Source: Patescibacteria group bacterium (GTDB lineage: Bacteria; Patescibacteriota; Minisyncoccia; Phycocordibacterales; EsbW-18). From it: a stretch of DNA of 64,000 nt. Under the pieces are notes generated by a model. It worked only from the letters and a program-made list of their open reading frames with translations, searched no databases and was not told the origin of the DNA. The first letter of the stretch is position 1. The number at the start of each line of letters is the position of its first letter. Location: assembly GCA_038064475.1 (NCBI GenBank), contig JBBTTA010000001.1, positions 187,795 to 251,794 on the forward strand. The letters are read 5' to 3'. Below are positions 55,083 through 63,854 of this stretch, piece after piece. The position numbers were made by a program, and so were the translations under genes.

Positions 55083-56131
55083 AGCGTCAAAAATTCTTTC
55101 GCAATATCCGCGTACGTGTGCGCAAACGACAATCGCTGTACCTTTTCAACATAGCTGCCATACGTTGCCGAATTACACATAGAAATAATTGCCGTCGTAA
55201 TCTCTTCCTGATTTCTCGGATCAACGTAGAGTGCCGCATCCCCGATGCGCTCCTTTAAACCATTCTCTGATGTCAGCACAACAGGCTTTCCGTAGGAGAG
55301 GGCACGCAATACGTGGTTTGGACTTATGTCACCAAGCGAAACAAGAAGACATGCATACGCCTCTTTAATGCGACGCAGAGCCTCTTCGTGAGGAAGCCCA
55401 AAGAGAAACTCAAGATGTGCTTCTGGAACTCGTTTCCGAACATCTTCAAATGCTTTCTTTGCTATATCAATGTTCTTCCACATGAGAGGCCGCGCCGCCG
55501 CGTACACAAATACCTTATCCGTTGGTATCTGTGCTGTGTGTGCGGGCTCAAAACGATTTTCAATGATTGAAACTGACGGCATTTCAAAGAGTCTATACGG
55601 ATTCATCCAAATACCTTTTTGGTAGTTTGTGCTAAACACCACATGCGTCATTTGTGAGAGTGTGAAGTGCGTGAGTGCAAATACGACTTTCTCTTTGAGC
55701 GTCAATGAGCGTTCTTTCGCGTAAAATTCCGAGAGAAGAATCTTTTCTTTTGTTCGTTCAATATACTCCTCCCATAAAAAATCACCGCCCGTGCGAAGAA
55801 TTGCTTTTCCTCCAAACAATGTGTGCAGACATGCCACAGGCAATCCAACACTGAACGTGTCGAGAACCAACGTCCAATCACTCGTAATATATGCAGGAAA
55901 TGTTTTGAAAAAATAAAAAAGATGGCGAATGCCTGTGGGAAGTTTTCTCTCAACACCGAATGTGCGGATAGTTACTGTATGTCCAAGTTTTTCGAACTCG
56001 TCTTTGAGCGACTTTGCGTAGTACGATGGACCACCCGCATGCGGTGGATAGACTCCTGTTGCGATGAGGATTTTCATCCCGTTAGAAGTTTCTGAACCTA
56101 CTTTATTTTGTTTTCTTTTGAAAAAACTCAT
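55070..56131 (-). CDS. Glycosyltransferase family 4.
   Basis: GT1 fold. The gene overlaps its neighbours in operon fashion. Confidence 0.55.
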   Translation of the reverse strand: MSFFKRKQNKVGSETSNGMKILIATGVYPPHAGGPSYYAKSLKDEFEKLGHTVTIRTFGVERKLPTGIRHLFYFFKTFPAYITSDWTLVLDTFSVGLPVACLHTLFGGKAILRTGGDFLWEEYIERTKEKILLSEFYAKERSLTLKEKVVFALTHFTLSQMTHVVFSTNYQKGIWMNPYRLFEMPSVSIIENRFEPAHTAQIPTDKVFVYAAARPLMWKNIDIAKKAFEDVRKRVPEAHLEFLFGLPHEEALRRIKEAYACLLVSLGDISPNHVLRALSYGKPVVLTSENGLKERIGDAALYVDPRNQEEITTAIISMCNSATYGSYVEKVQRLSFAHTYADIAKEFLTLCSR

Positions 56132-56177
56132 CTCTCATTAATGTTATCGCACCACCTCTCTATACTTCTAACGGGAT

Positions 56178-57473
56178 TCATAGACGTTCAAAAAGTTTTT
56201 TCATGTCGAGAGCGATTACCGACCAATCGTAGCGCTCTTTTACCATTGCGCGCGCATTCGCAATAATGCGAAGACGAAGCGCCTTGTCTTGCATGTATCG
56301 CTCGACATTCTGCGCAATGCTTTGTGGGTCTTGTACTTTACAAAACAATCCTGTTGGGGTTACTTTGCCCATTGGTGTTGCAGGATCGATCAAAAAGTCA
56401 GGGATACCACCAATACGTGTGCCAATTGTAGGAATGCCTGCCGCCATCGCTTCGATAAAACTATTTCCCATACCTTCTGAACGTGAAGGACGTACAAACA
56501 CATTCGAAACGTAGAGATACATCGGCAATGTTGCATGTGGAACATACCCTGTAAAACGAACTCGTTTTGAAACTCCAGCTGCATGCGCAACATTCCACAG
56601 TGTCTCACCGAGAGGTCCTTCGCCTACGACAATGAGTTTAACGCGATCAGGAAGATACTTGAGTGAGCGAATGATGTCGTCGATGCCATTCTTTGGAACG
56701 AGACGTGATGTGGTAATGAGAAAGAAGTCGTCGTCATTTTTTTGAAGTTTTTTTGCAAGTGTTTCGCCCTTCTGCATCCATCGTGGATCAGCAAAATGCT
56801 CGTAATCAACACCATTCGGAATAACTGAAACAGCACCGCGATACCCCATATGTTTTGCGAATTCTCCTAAGTACACTGAAATTGCTTGCACATGTCGCGC
56901 CTCCGTAAAAATGCGTTTCAAAAGAGGCGCGACGAGACGGATGCGAAAACGTTTGGTGATGTGATCAACCGTATCGCCATCTTGCAGTGTCAAAAGAAAT
57001 GGTGTCGTATCGCGTGCAAACATACGCAATAACACAGCAGGAAATCCCATGTTCGTCATGAGCGACCAATAAAGGTCGTAGGTGTGTTCGCGCGAAAGTA
57101 TGCGCGCTTTTTTATACGCCCACCATACATATGCAACTTTTATGAGGTGCCACGGAAATTTTGAAAGTTCTGTGAGCGGGAGTGCTTTTTTTGCACGTCC
57201 AACACGATGAATCGTAATATTTCCTACCTTTTCTGTTTCAGGAAGATCCGTATCCACTCGAAGCGTAATCATGTCAAAAGCAACCGACGATGAGTCAATT
57301 CGATCGGTTATTTCCTTCACAGCCACTTCGGCACCCCCCACAAAAGGTTGGTACATAAGGGAGAAAATGAGTACCCGCTTCTTCTGCTTCCCCGGCATAC
57401 TGGCATCATAGCACGCTCTACGTTTCTTTTGGTGTTGTGTCGATAATCGTAAAATCTTCTGCACGAAGCTCAC
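56178..57473 (-). CDS. Glycosyltransferase family 4.
   Basis: ..EGMGNSFIEAMAAGIPTIGTRIGGIPDFL.. is the GT4 motif. Confidence 0.65.
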   Translation of the reverse strand: MSFVQKILRLSTQHQKKRRACYDASMPGKQKKRVLIFSLMYQPFVGGAEVAVKEITDRIDSSSVAFDMITLRVDTDLPETEKVGNITIHRVGRAKKALPLTELSKFPWHLIKVAYVWWAYKKARILSREHTYDLYWSLMTNMGFPAVLLRMFARDTTPFLLTLQDGDTVDHITKRFRIRLVAPLLKRIFTEARHVQAISVYLGEFAKHMGYRGAVSVIPNGVDYEHFADPRWMQKGETLAKKLQKNDDDFFLITTSRLVPKNGIDDIIRSLKYLPDRVKLIVVGEGPLGETLWNVAHAAGVSKRVRFTGYVPHATLPMYLYVSNVFVRPSRSEGMGNSFIEAMAAGIPTIGTRIGGIPDFLIDPATPMGKVTPTGLFCKVQDPQSIAQNVERYMQDKALRLRIIANARAMVKERYDWSVIALDMKKLFERL

Positions 57474-58872
57474 CTACATTCATTTTTGGTGTCGCGAGCA
57501 TTCGTGAAGATACAACATACAGAACACCAAGTCCCGCGACAATACAAAGTGTAAAAAAGAGAAGTTGACCAAGTGGTTGTTCGCGCTGTGTGCTTTCACG
57601 AACACTTGCGACAACAGAAGACGCAGTTACTATGCTTACCTTTTCTTCTTCACTAGTTGTTGCTTCCTTTTTCTCTTCCTGTTGTACCTCATCGGGCATA
57701 AATGCTGTTTCCAAAATTGGTGAAAGTGTAATCGGTGTCATCTCAACAACATCAGTCCCCACAACAACATTCTCATATTCAGTTACACGACGTTCATTGG
57801 GATACAAAAGAGATACTTCATCCCCTTCTTCTGGTCGCAGACCTGTGGTGTACGCAGAAAACTTAACGGGAACATCTGAAATAAGAAATGTATTCTCCGG
57901 AAACGTAAATGTGCGGTCCATTCCTGATCGCCGACGATATTCCACATATATTTTCCAATCCGAAATATCAAGTTGGCTTCCTGTCGTATTAAGAAGCTCA
58001 ATAAACCCCTCTTCTCCCCATACCACGTGTGAAATAACAATGTCCGCCGACACGACAGTTACCATACGCTCATCTTTTGATTTCTGATTGTTTGAAGAAA
58101 TAGAAAACACAGCAACATACATACCTGGTTCACGATATGCATGTGTCACGTCTTTACCAGATTTCGTATCCCCATCACCAAATGTCCATGTGTAATGCAC
58201 CCCGCTTAACGATTCATTCTTATCGTTCACTGCATAGCCCTCGAACGTAACATGTGCCCCTGCGGGGACGGTTACGTCATCCCCAGCATATGCAAAGACA
58301 ACTTGTTTGTATCCTCCTGTTATCTTTGGTTTTGAAGTAGTCCCGCCTGTTGAACCAGTTCCTCCACTACCCGTATCTTGTACACTGTTTTCTGCCTTTG
58401 GCGTTGGTGTACCCGTAATCCACGACGCATCTGTTTGCCGTTGCGCTGTATGCTTCGTCGTATTATTGCCACCAAGCGACCAATTGCTTCCCCCCACTGC
58501 TGTATCAATCACTGTGTGTGTCGAATCATACAGGGTTAGTATCTCGCCTGTATTTCCGAGTGTTCCTGAATATATAAGGTCGGCAGAAACATCCGGCGCG
58601 CTTTCATCATCCGTTCTCTCAAGAATATAGAAAGTTCCAGCAGCAATTGTTCCTGAAAGGGTGACAGAGGGATCACCGTCTAGAGCAATGAGTGTCCATC
58701 CTAAAAGATCGACACTCTCTACACCATTGTTGTAGAGCTCAATCCACTCATCACTCGCAGACACCGTCGTTCCCATCCATGCAATTTCATTAATGACGAT
58801 ATTTGCATGCACCAAGTGTGGCGAGAGAAAAAATACTGCAAACAAAAATATATACTGCGGAACATATTTCAT
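57418..58872 (-). CDS. Surface protein with two lamin-tail domains, a PKD domain and a C-terminal TM anchor. The start is at Met41 of the ORF.
   Basis: The signal peptide is MKYVPQYIFLFAVFFLSPHLVHA. The first lamin-tail domain shows INEIAWMGT..SASDEWIELYN and the second shows VVWGEEGFIELLNTTGSQ. The PKD-like segment is VHYTWTFGDGDTKSGKDVTHAY. The C-terminal helix is LLFFTLCIVAGLGVLYVV. Confidence 0.6.
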   Translation of the reverse strand: MKYVPQYIFLFAVFFLSPHLVHANIVINEIAWMGTTVSASDEWIELYNNGVESVDLLGWTLIALDGDPSVTLSGTIAAGTFYILERTDDESAPDVSADLIYSGTLGNTGEILTLYDSTHTVIDTAVGGSNWSLGGNNTTKHTAQRQTDASWITGTPTPKAENSVQDTGSGGTGSTGGTTSKPKITGGYKQVVFAYAGDDVTVPAGAHVTFEGYAVNDKNESLSGVHYTWTFGDGDTKSGKDVTHAYREPGMYVAVFSISSNNQKSKDERMVTVVSADIVISHVVWGEEGFIELLNTTGSQLDISDWKIYVEYRRRSGMDRTFTFPENTFLISDVPVKFSAYTTGLRPEEGDEVSLLYPNERRVTEYENVVVGTDVVEMTPITLSPILETAFMPDEVQQEEKKEATTSEEEKVSIVTASSVVASVRESTQREQPLGQLLFFTLCIVAGLGVLYVVSSRMLATPKMNVGELRAEDFTIIDTTPKET

Positions 58873-58913
58873 GCGATGAGTGTACACATGTGTGCTCAAG
58901 AAAAAGTAAAAAA

Positions 58914-58947
58914 CACGGCTCGACAAAATGTCGAGCCGTGTTTTTTT
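58914..58947. terminator. Bidirectional intrinsic terminator (CACGGCTCGAC-AAAAT-GTCGAGCCGTG then T7) downstream of the coupling-protein gene.
   Basis: The 11-bp stem is perfect. A-runs and T-runs flank it on both strands. Confidence 0.65.
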
Positions 58948-59017
58948 GGGGTCAGACCCCACCTTTCGATCTGTTTCCTTCCACCTTCCCAACTTTTTAA
59001 CTTAAAAACTTCCTAAC

Positions 59018-61180
59018 TTATTTACCCTCGCGTTCAAATAGCTTCTTCAAAACGTGTTCAGGAACTTCTTTTTGCCTGTCCTCTAATTTTCCGTGTGTAG
59101 TCTGTGGGGTCTGACCCCCTTCGGTGGGGTCAGACCCCACTTTTGTCGGCTTTGGTTCGTGTCGTTTTTCTTGAACAGGTTTTGATTCTTCTCGCTTCTG
59201 TTCTTTTGGTTGAATATTCTGTGTAGCCGCTTGTACTCCTGCATCACCCAGCACGGCCGCAAGCGCATCACGGAGTTCAGCAACGTGCTGTGGTGTTGGT
59301 CCTTTTGCACGCCTCTGTTCTTCACGATTTTCTTGACGCAATTTATCCAGTGACATTGCCTTCCGCACTTCTGCTTCGCGATCTTCTGCTTTTTTCTGTG
59401 GCGCTCGTTCCGCTTCGAAACGCCTCTGCCCGCCACTCATACCACCTCTATTTTCCGCACCCTCAGGACGTCTCTCGGAACGCTCAGGCCGTCGTTCTCC
59501 CCCACCTTGTCGTGGTGCTCCCCCCTCGCGACGTGGCACCTCACTACGACCTCCTCCCCCGCCTTCTCGTTCTCCTTCTCGTTTTTGACCAAATGATTTC
59601 TTGTGCCACTGAATAATGTCCTCCTCAATCGCCTGTCGTGGGCGTGCAAATTGCTCTTGTGAACGCCCAATCGCAACATCACGATATGACACCGTTGGAA
59701 GTTCAATTGGGGGTAACGTACGAGCAGAAAATGGAGATGAGGCAATATCATCAATCATCAATTTTAAATACACCTGATACTTATCAAGGTTTACGAGATC
59801 CTCTGCAGTAAACACCGGCGCAAATTCTTTCTCCAAATATTCTGCATCCGTTGCTCCCACGCGGAACGTCAGCATGGTTCCGACGTTACCAAACACAGCC
59901 GCACGCACTTCGTCAGACATTTGTTCAATGTACTGGTGCGCCATTGTGAGGTTCAGTTTGTATTTGCGCGCTTCAGAAAGAATGTTTGCAAATGATTCGT
60001 TCGCAAATGACTGGAATTCATCCACGTAGAGATAAAAGTTTGGAAGTTTATTGAGTTCTTTTTCCGTGAGATCTGCGCGTGACATCGCCGCAAGATAAAT
60101 TTTTGTGATAAGCATTGAACCAAGAAGACTCGCGCTGTCTTCACCTATTTGTCCTTTTGAGAGGTTGATGATGATAATCTTTTTCTGATCCATCATCTCG
60201 CGGATATTAAATGTGGACTTTGCCTGCCCGATGATATTTCGAATAACAGGGTTTGCAGTAAATTGTCCAACCTTGTTTTGAATTGCCGGTGTTGCTTCCT
60301 GCGCAAAACGTTCAGTATAGTTTGCAAATTCATCTTCCCAGAATGACTTCACGCCTGGATCTGTCACATGTGACACTACAAGTTTTCGATATTCTTTATC
60401 CGCAAGCATGCGATTGATACCGAGAAGTGTTGAGCCTGGATATTCAAGCAACGCCAAAATCGTGTTGTTCAAAATGTACTCCATGCGCGCCGACCACGCA
60501 TCAACCCAAATCTTTTTGAATGCTGACATAAGACCCGCAGCAACAAGGTGGCGCTTATCCGGTCCAATATCTTCCATCACGTTGAATGCGACCGGATGCT
60601 CGAGGTCAAATGGCGCAAAATAAAGCACATCATTCAAACGGTGCTCAGGAATGTAATTCAAAAGAAGGTCGGCAGTCTTTCCGTGCGGATCGATGAAGGC
60701 AAACCCTTCCCCATTCTGAATATCCTGCACCGCCATATTTTCGAGCAACACTGACTTACCGACACCAGTCTTACCGATGACGTAGATATGTCGCGTACGG
60801 TCTTTTGCTTTGATGCCAAACTTCACCCGCTTGTTGCGGTGGTCTGTTTCTCCTATGTACGTAACACGAGCGGGATTGTACGGTTCTTGAGGAGCCATTG
60901 CTGTAGACAGTATACGACTGAGTTGGTAAAAAGAAAACCGCCCAGCTCCAGTTTCGTAAAAACTGGGGCTGGGCGGTACTACTGGCATCCGACGCCGGCG
61001 TCGGATGCCCTTGAGAGCGAACACTACCCAGAAAAGAAAGACTGTCAGGAGCACTTGCGGAGTGTGCCTCCCGCTCACCACGACACACCCGAGACTTGCA
61101 AGGGTTGCTGTAACAAACGGAATGAAGAGTCCCCCTGTTCCGGACAAGACGAGAGCGAGTGGAAAAAGAAATCGCTTCAT
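59018..61180 (-). CDS. VirD4/TraD-like type IV coupling-protein ATPase. It has two N-terminal TM helices and a long Arg/Glu-rich disordered C-terminal tail.
   Basis: Walker A is YVIGKTGVGKS and Walker B is FYLYVDEFQSF. ..NLTMAHQYIEQM.. is also present. The N-terminal TM helices are LFPLALVLSGTGGLFIPFVTATLASLGCVVV and VLLTVFLFWVVFALKG. The C-terminal about 200 aa are low-complexity R/E/G-rich. Confidence 0.6.
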   Translation of the reverse strand: MKRFLFPLALVLSGTGGLFIPFVTATLASLGCVVVSGRHTPQVLLTVFLFWVVFALKGIRRRRRMPVVPPSPSFYETGAGRFSFYQLSRILSTAMAPQEPYNPARVTYIGETDHRNKRVKFGIKAKDRTRHIYVIGKTGVGKSVLLENMAVQDIQNGEGFAFIDPHGKTADLLLNYIPEHRLNDVLYFAPFDLEHPVAFNVMEDIGPDKRHLVAAGLMSAFKKIWVDAWSARMEYILNNTILALLEYPGSTLLGINRMLADKEYRKLVVSHVTDPGVKSFWEDEFANYTERFAQEATPAIQNKVGQFTANPVIRNIIGQAKSTFNIREMMDQKKIIIINLSKGQIGEDSASLLGSMLITKIYLAAMSRADLTEKELNKLPNFYLYVDEFQSFANESFANILSEARKYKLNLTMAHQYIEQMSDEVRAAVFGNVGTMLTFRVGATDAEYLEKEFAPVFTAEDLVNLDKYQVYLKLMIDDIASSPFSARTLPPIELPTVSYRDVAIGRSQEQFARPRQAIEEDIIQWHKKSFGQKREGEREGGGGGRSEVPRREGGAPRQGGGERRPERSERRPEGAENRGGMSGGQRRFEAERAPQKKAEDREAEVRKAMSLDKLRQENREEQRRAKGPTPQHVAELRDALAAVLGDAGVQAATQNIQPKEQKREESKPVQEKRHEPKPTKVGSDPTEGGQTPQTTHGKLEDRQKEVPEHVLKKLFEREGK

Positions 61181-61425
61181 GTGGTTCTCTCACGGAAACC
61201 AAAGGTGTTGGTTTTGACCGTTCCGACCATCTCCCACCCTGCGTTGTTGCATGCTTCTTCGACTCTGATGACAACTTGGTACTTCACCTCATACGAAATT
61301 GTCTTCGGAAACTCGAAAGATGCATGCCCATGGAGAATGAGTGCGGGGGTGATGGTTTCAAGAATGTGGTCCGTAAGCCACTGATAATTGTTTCGAAGCT
61401 CTTTTGCTCCCTCAAAAGTAACCAT
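61177..61425 (-). CDS. Small hypothetical protein of about 82 aa, translationally coupled (TGATG) to the upstream ORF and overlapping the coupling ATPase start.
   Basis: The peptide is MVTFEGAKELRNNYQWLTDHILETITPALILHGHASFEFPKTISYEVKYQVVIRVEEACNNAGWEMVGTVKTNTFGFRERTT. No family was recognised. Confidence 0.4.
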   Translation of the reverse strand: MVTFEGAKELRNNYQWLTDHILETITPALILHGHASFEFPKTISYEVKYQVVIRVEEACNNAGWEMVGTVKTNTFGFRERTT

Positions 61426-61649
61426 CAGCCGGCCGCCCTTTCCGTGGGATGCTCGTTGTACCGACTCCAGAAACAGTGCTTGCACTCGTCAGGGTCGTCC
61501 ATCATTGGCTCTCCGCAATTCAAACAAGGCGGGTAGTCTTGTGGGTCTTGAGACAATGGAACTCTGGGTTCCTGCCCCTCCAACAACTCCTTGAACCACG
61601 CCATCGCATCTCCTCTTATGGTTAGATAGCGTCGTACAGCTTGCGACAA
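61425..61649 (-). CDS. Small zinc-ribbon-like protein of 74 aa.
   Basis: CLNCGEP...CKHC is a C4 ribbon-like motif. The gene lies in the operon with the coupling ATPase. Confidence 0.4.
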   Translation of the reverse strand: MSQAVRRYLTIRGDAMAWFKELLEGQEPRVPLSQDPQDYPPCLNCGEPMMDDPDECKHCFWSRYNEHPTERAAG

Positions 61650-62104
61650 TGAAGTCGTATGCGACGACGCTCTTTCACACTCACGAACGTCGAGCGTCGT
61701 AATCTGCGCTCTGATTCACTCTTGTTTTCGACAGTACGAAGAAAGAGATTTGGAAAGTTCGGTCGTGATTCAAGAATAAAACGGAACTTGCCATGAAGCC
61801 AGTACTCCGTCTTTTTGAATTTATTCGTCAACATCCTATGAATTCGTTCTGATTCAGGGAGGCTACCTAGAGAAGCCTCGAGAAGTCTTGCCTGCATTTT
61901 AAGCATGGCTTCTGCATCAGAAGCATCCCGGTTCATCAATACACGTTCTTTGAACCTGTCGATCGCATGCTGTGATACAAGAGCCTCCCGTCCATCGGGA
62001 AGCAACATAATGAAACGGATTACAGTCACCCCATTCTCCTTTCTCTGAACAGTTAAAGAGCCTGTGTCTGCCAAGACACTATCAAAAAAATCGTATAAGA
62101 ACAA
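61622..62104 (-). CDS. Hypothetical protein of 160 aa.
   Basis: The ORF is upstream of and overlapping the zinc-ribbon gene. No family was recognised. Confidence 0.35.
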   Translation of the reverse strand: MFLYDFFDSVLADTGSLTVQRKENGVTVIRFIMLLPDGREALVSQHAIDRFKERVLMNRDASDAEAMLKMQARLLEASLGSLPESERIHRMLTNKFKKTEYWLHGKFRFILESRPNFPNLFLRTVENKSESERRLRRSTFVSVKERRRIRLHCRKLYDAI

Positions 62105-62210
62105 GGAGATTAGTTTTCATCTGTTTCACTCGTCGAAGGAGTTACCGAGGCTTCAGTCAATAATGCCGCTTCTGTGTAGGTATTGCCCGCGTCCCCCTCC
62201 TTCGCCAAGG

Positions 62211-63536
62211 CTACGGCAGGGCAGGCACAGTGCCCAATTCATCAGGGTGTAAAGCAGCTTCTGTATACGTATTTCCTGCATCCCACAAAGCCCACGAGTT
62301 TAAACCGGCATCGTATGTTGCGGTGATCTGTGCGCGAACCATGTCGGCTGTGTACGTCGCGCCGAGATTAAAATCTTGAAGCCATGGACGAAGTTGAAGT
62401 GCGTTGATATTACCGTGACCTTTTTCTGCCTGTTCACGAAGCGCAATCATGTCGGTTGATGTAGATGTTGAGTCTTTTGCGGCCGCAAGGATGTTCGCGC
62501 GTCGAACTGCTGCATCCATTGAGTATTTCACGACTGCATACGGATCGGTAGCTGGCTTTGCAATACCAATAAAGCCTGCGTTGTAGTGCGAGGGATACAC
62601 CATCGGCATGACGAAATTAAAGTATGGAAGCGCACGTTCAATGACCTGCCCAATACCAAGATCATCAGTGTTTGTTGTGGTGTAGCCAAAGAGATCAACA
62701 GAGAGTGCCGGCACATCGTCAACTTCGTCCCATGGTTCTGATAATTCATCGTAGAGATATGCAAAAAAACTTTCAAGTACATCTGCTTTTGGCTTTCCTT
62801 CAGAAAGCGTAAAGGCAATATCTTTCATGTTGCCGTCTGATGGATAGCGTACGTAGTCATAGTTCAACTCATCAAAACCAATCTCAAATGACTCTTTTGA
62901 AACTTCAACAATGTATTTCCAGAAATCACGCGCACCGACATCAATAAATGAAAGCCCTTTGTGATCCTTCCATACCGTGCCATCGCTCGCTTTCTTTACC
63001 GCGAGCTCTGGGTGCACCGACGAGTAGAACGGGTCTTGGAACACCGTGATGCGACCGATGATGTAGATATCTTTGTCGTGGAGCCGCTGTACGAAATCTT
63101 TCATGTCGTGTGCCCCGCACGCATCAGACACCGACGGAGCAACTGCAGGGTTGCCCGTCGGGAATGCGACCTTGCCCGTGTAGTCTTTGATGTCGATGAC
63201 CACAGCGTTGAGTTCGGTCTCGTCAATGAGCGCAACAAGTTCGTCACGGAATGATGGTGTGCCCACAACACACTGGGTCATGTAGATCGCCTTCACGACA
63301 TCAGGAGTTTTTATATGTGGCACTGTATCTTTCTTTGGGGGCAACAGTGCCTCAAGAATATTTGTCGTTGTTGCTGTGCCACCCCGTTCATACGTGCGAG
63401 AAAAAAGTCGCGGAGCACCGAACATAAAGAAAAGAAAACACAACACAAAGAAACCGAGCCCCACTGCGGAAAGATGGCCTTGTTTTTTTGGCTTTTGATT
63501 TTGTGCCTTTTGTTTTTGTTCGAGATTCGGAGGCAT
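62211..63536 (-). CDS. Membrane-anchored putative glycoside-hydrolase-like TIM-barrel protein (DUF4015-like).
   Basis: It has an N-terminal TM helix (HLSAVGLGFFVLCFLFFMFGAP). An Asp/Glu-rich catalytic-like core is ..NYDYVRYPSDGN.. and ..VYPSHYNAGF... The assignment is tentative. Confidence 0.35.
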   Translation of the reverse strand: MPPNLEQKQKAQNQKPKKQGHLSAVGLGFFVLCFLFFMFGAPRLFSRTYERGGTATTTNILEALLPPKKDTVPHIKTPDVVKAIYMTQCVVGTPSFRDELVALIDETELNAVVIDIKDYTGKVAFPTGNPAVAPSVSDACGAHDMKDFVQRLHDKDIYIIGRITVFQDPFYSSVHPELAVKKASDGTVWKDHKGLSFIDVGARDFWKYIVEVSKESFEIGFDELNYDYVRYPSDGNMKDIAFTLSEGKPKADVLESFFAYLYDELSEPWDEVDDVPALSVDLFGYTTTNTDDLGIGQVIERALPYFNFVMPMVYPSHYNAGFIGIAKPATDPYAVVKYSMDAAVRRANILAAAKDSTSTSTDMIALREQAEKGHGNINALQLRPWLQDFNLGATYTADMVRAQITATYDAGLNSWALWDAGNTYTEAALHPDELGTVPALP

Positions 63537-63854
63537 ACTACATCGTTTGTTTATTATGCACAGACACTAAAAGAATAATGAGTGCGCCTGCGATTGCCGC
63601 AATCCAACCTTTCCATGCGTACGGCACGGCAATAAAAGGCATGAGACAGAGCAGGACGCCAATAGCAATAAGCATTTTGTGGTATATATTCATACGCCAA
63701 CTAGTATACCCAGCACATAACTTTTGCGCCAGAAAAAGTTATGTGGCTTCGGTATACCCGTCTTAGCCTCTAGGAAAAAAATGGAAAAGGGTGTAGCTTA
63801 GATACAGGAAGTTCTTCACGGCAGGAGGGTAACCTCCGGAAAGGAGAAGTGGGT

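Noticed and set aside
60771-61274. 167-aa minus-strand ORF inside the coupling-ATPase gene.
   Set aside because: It is an alternative frame of a gene with clear Walker motifs in the other frame.
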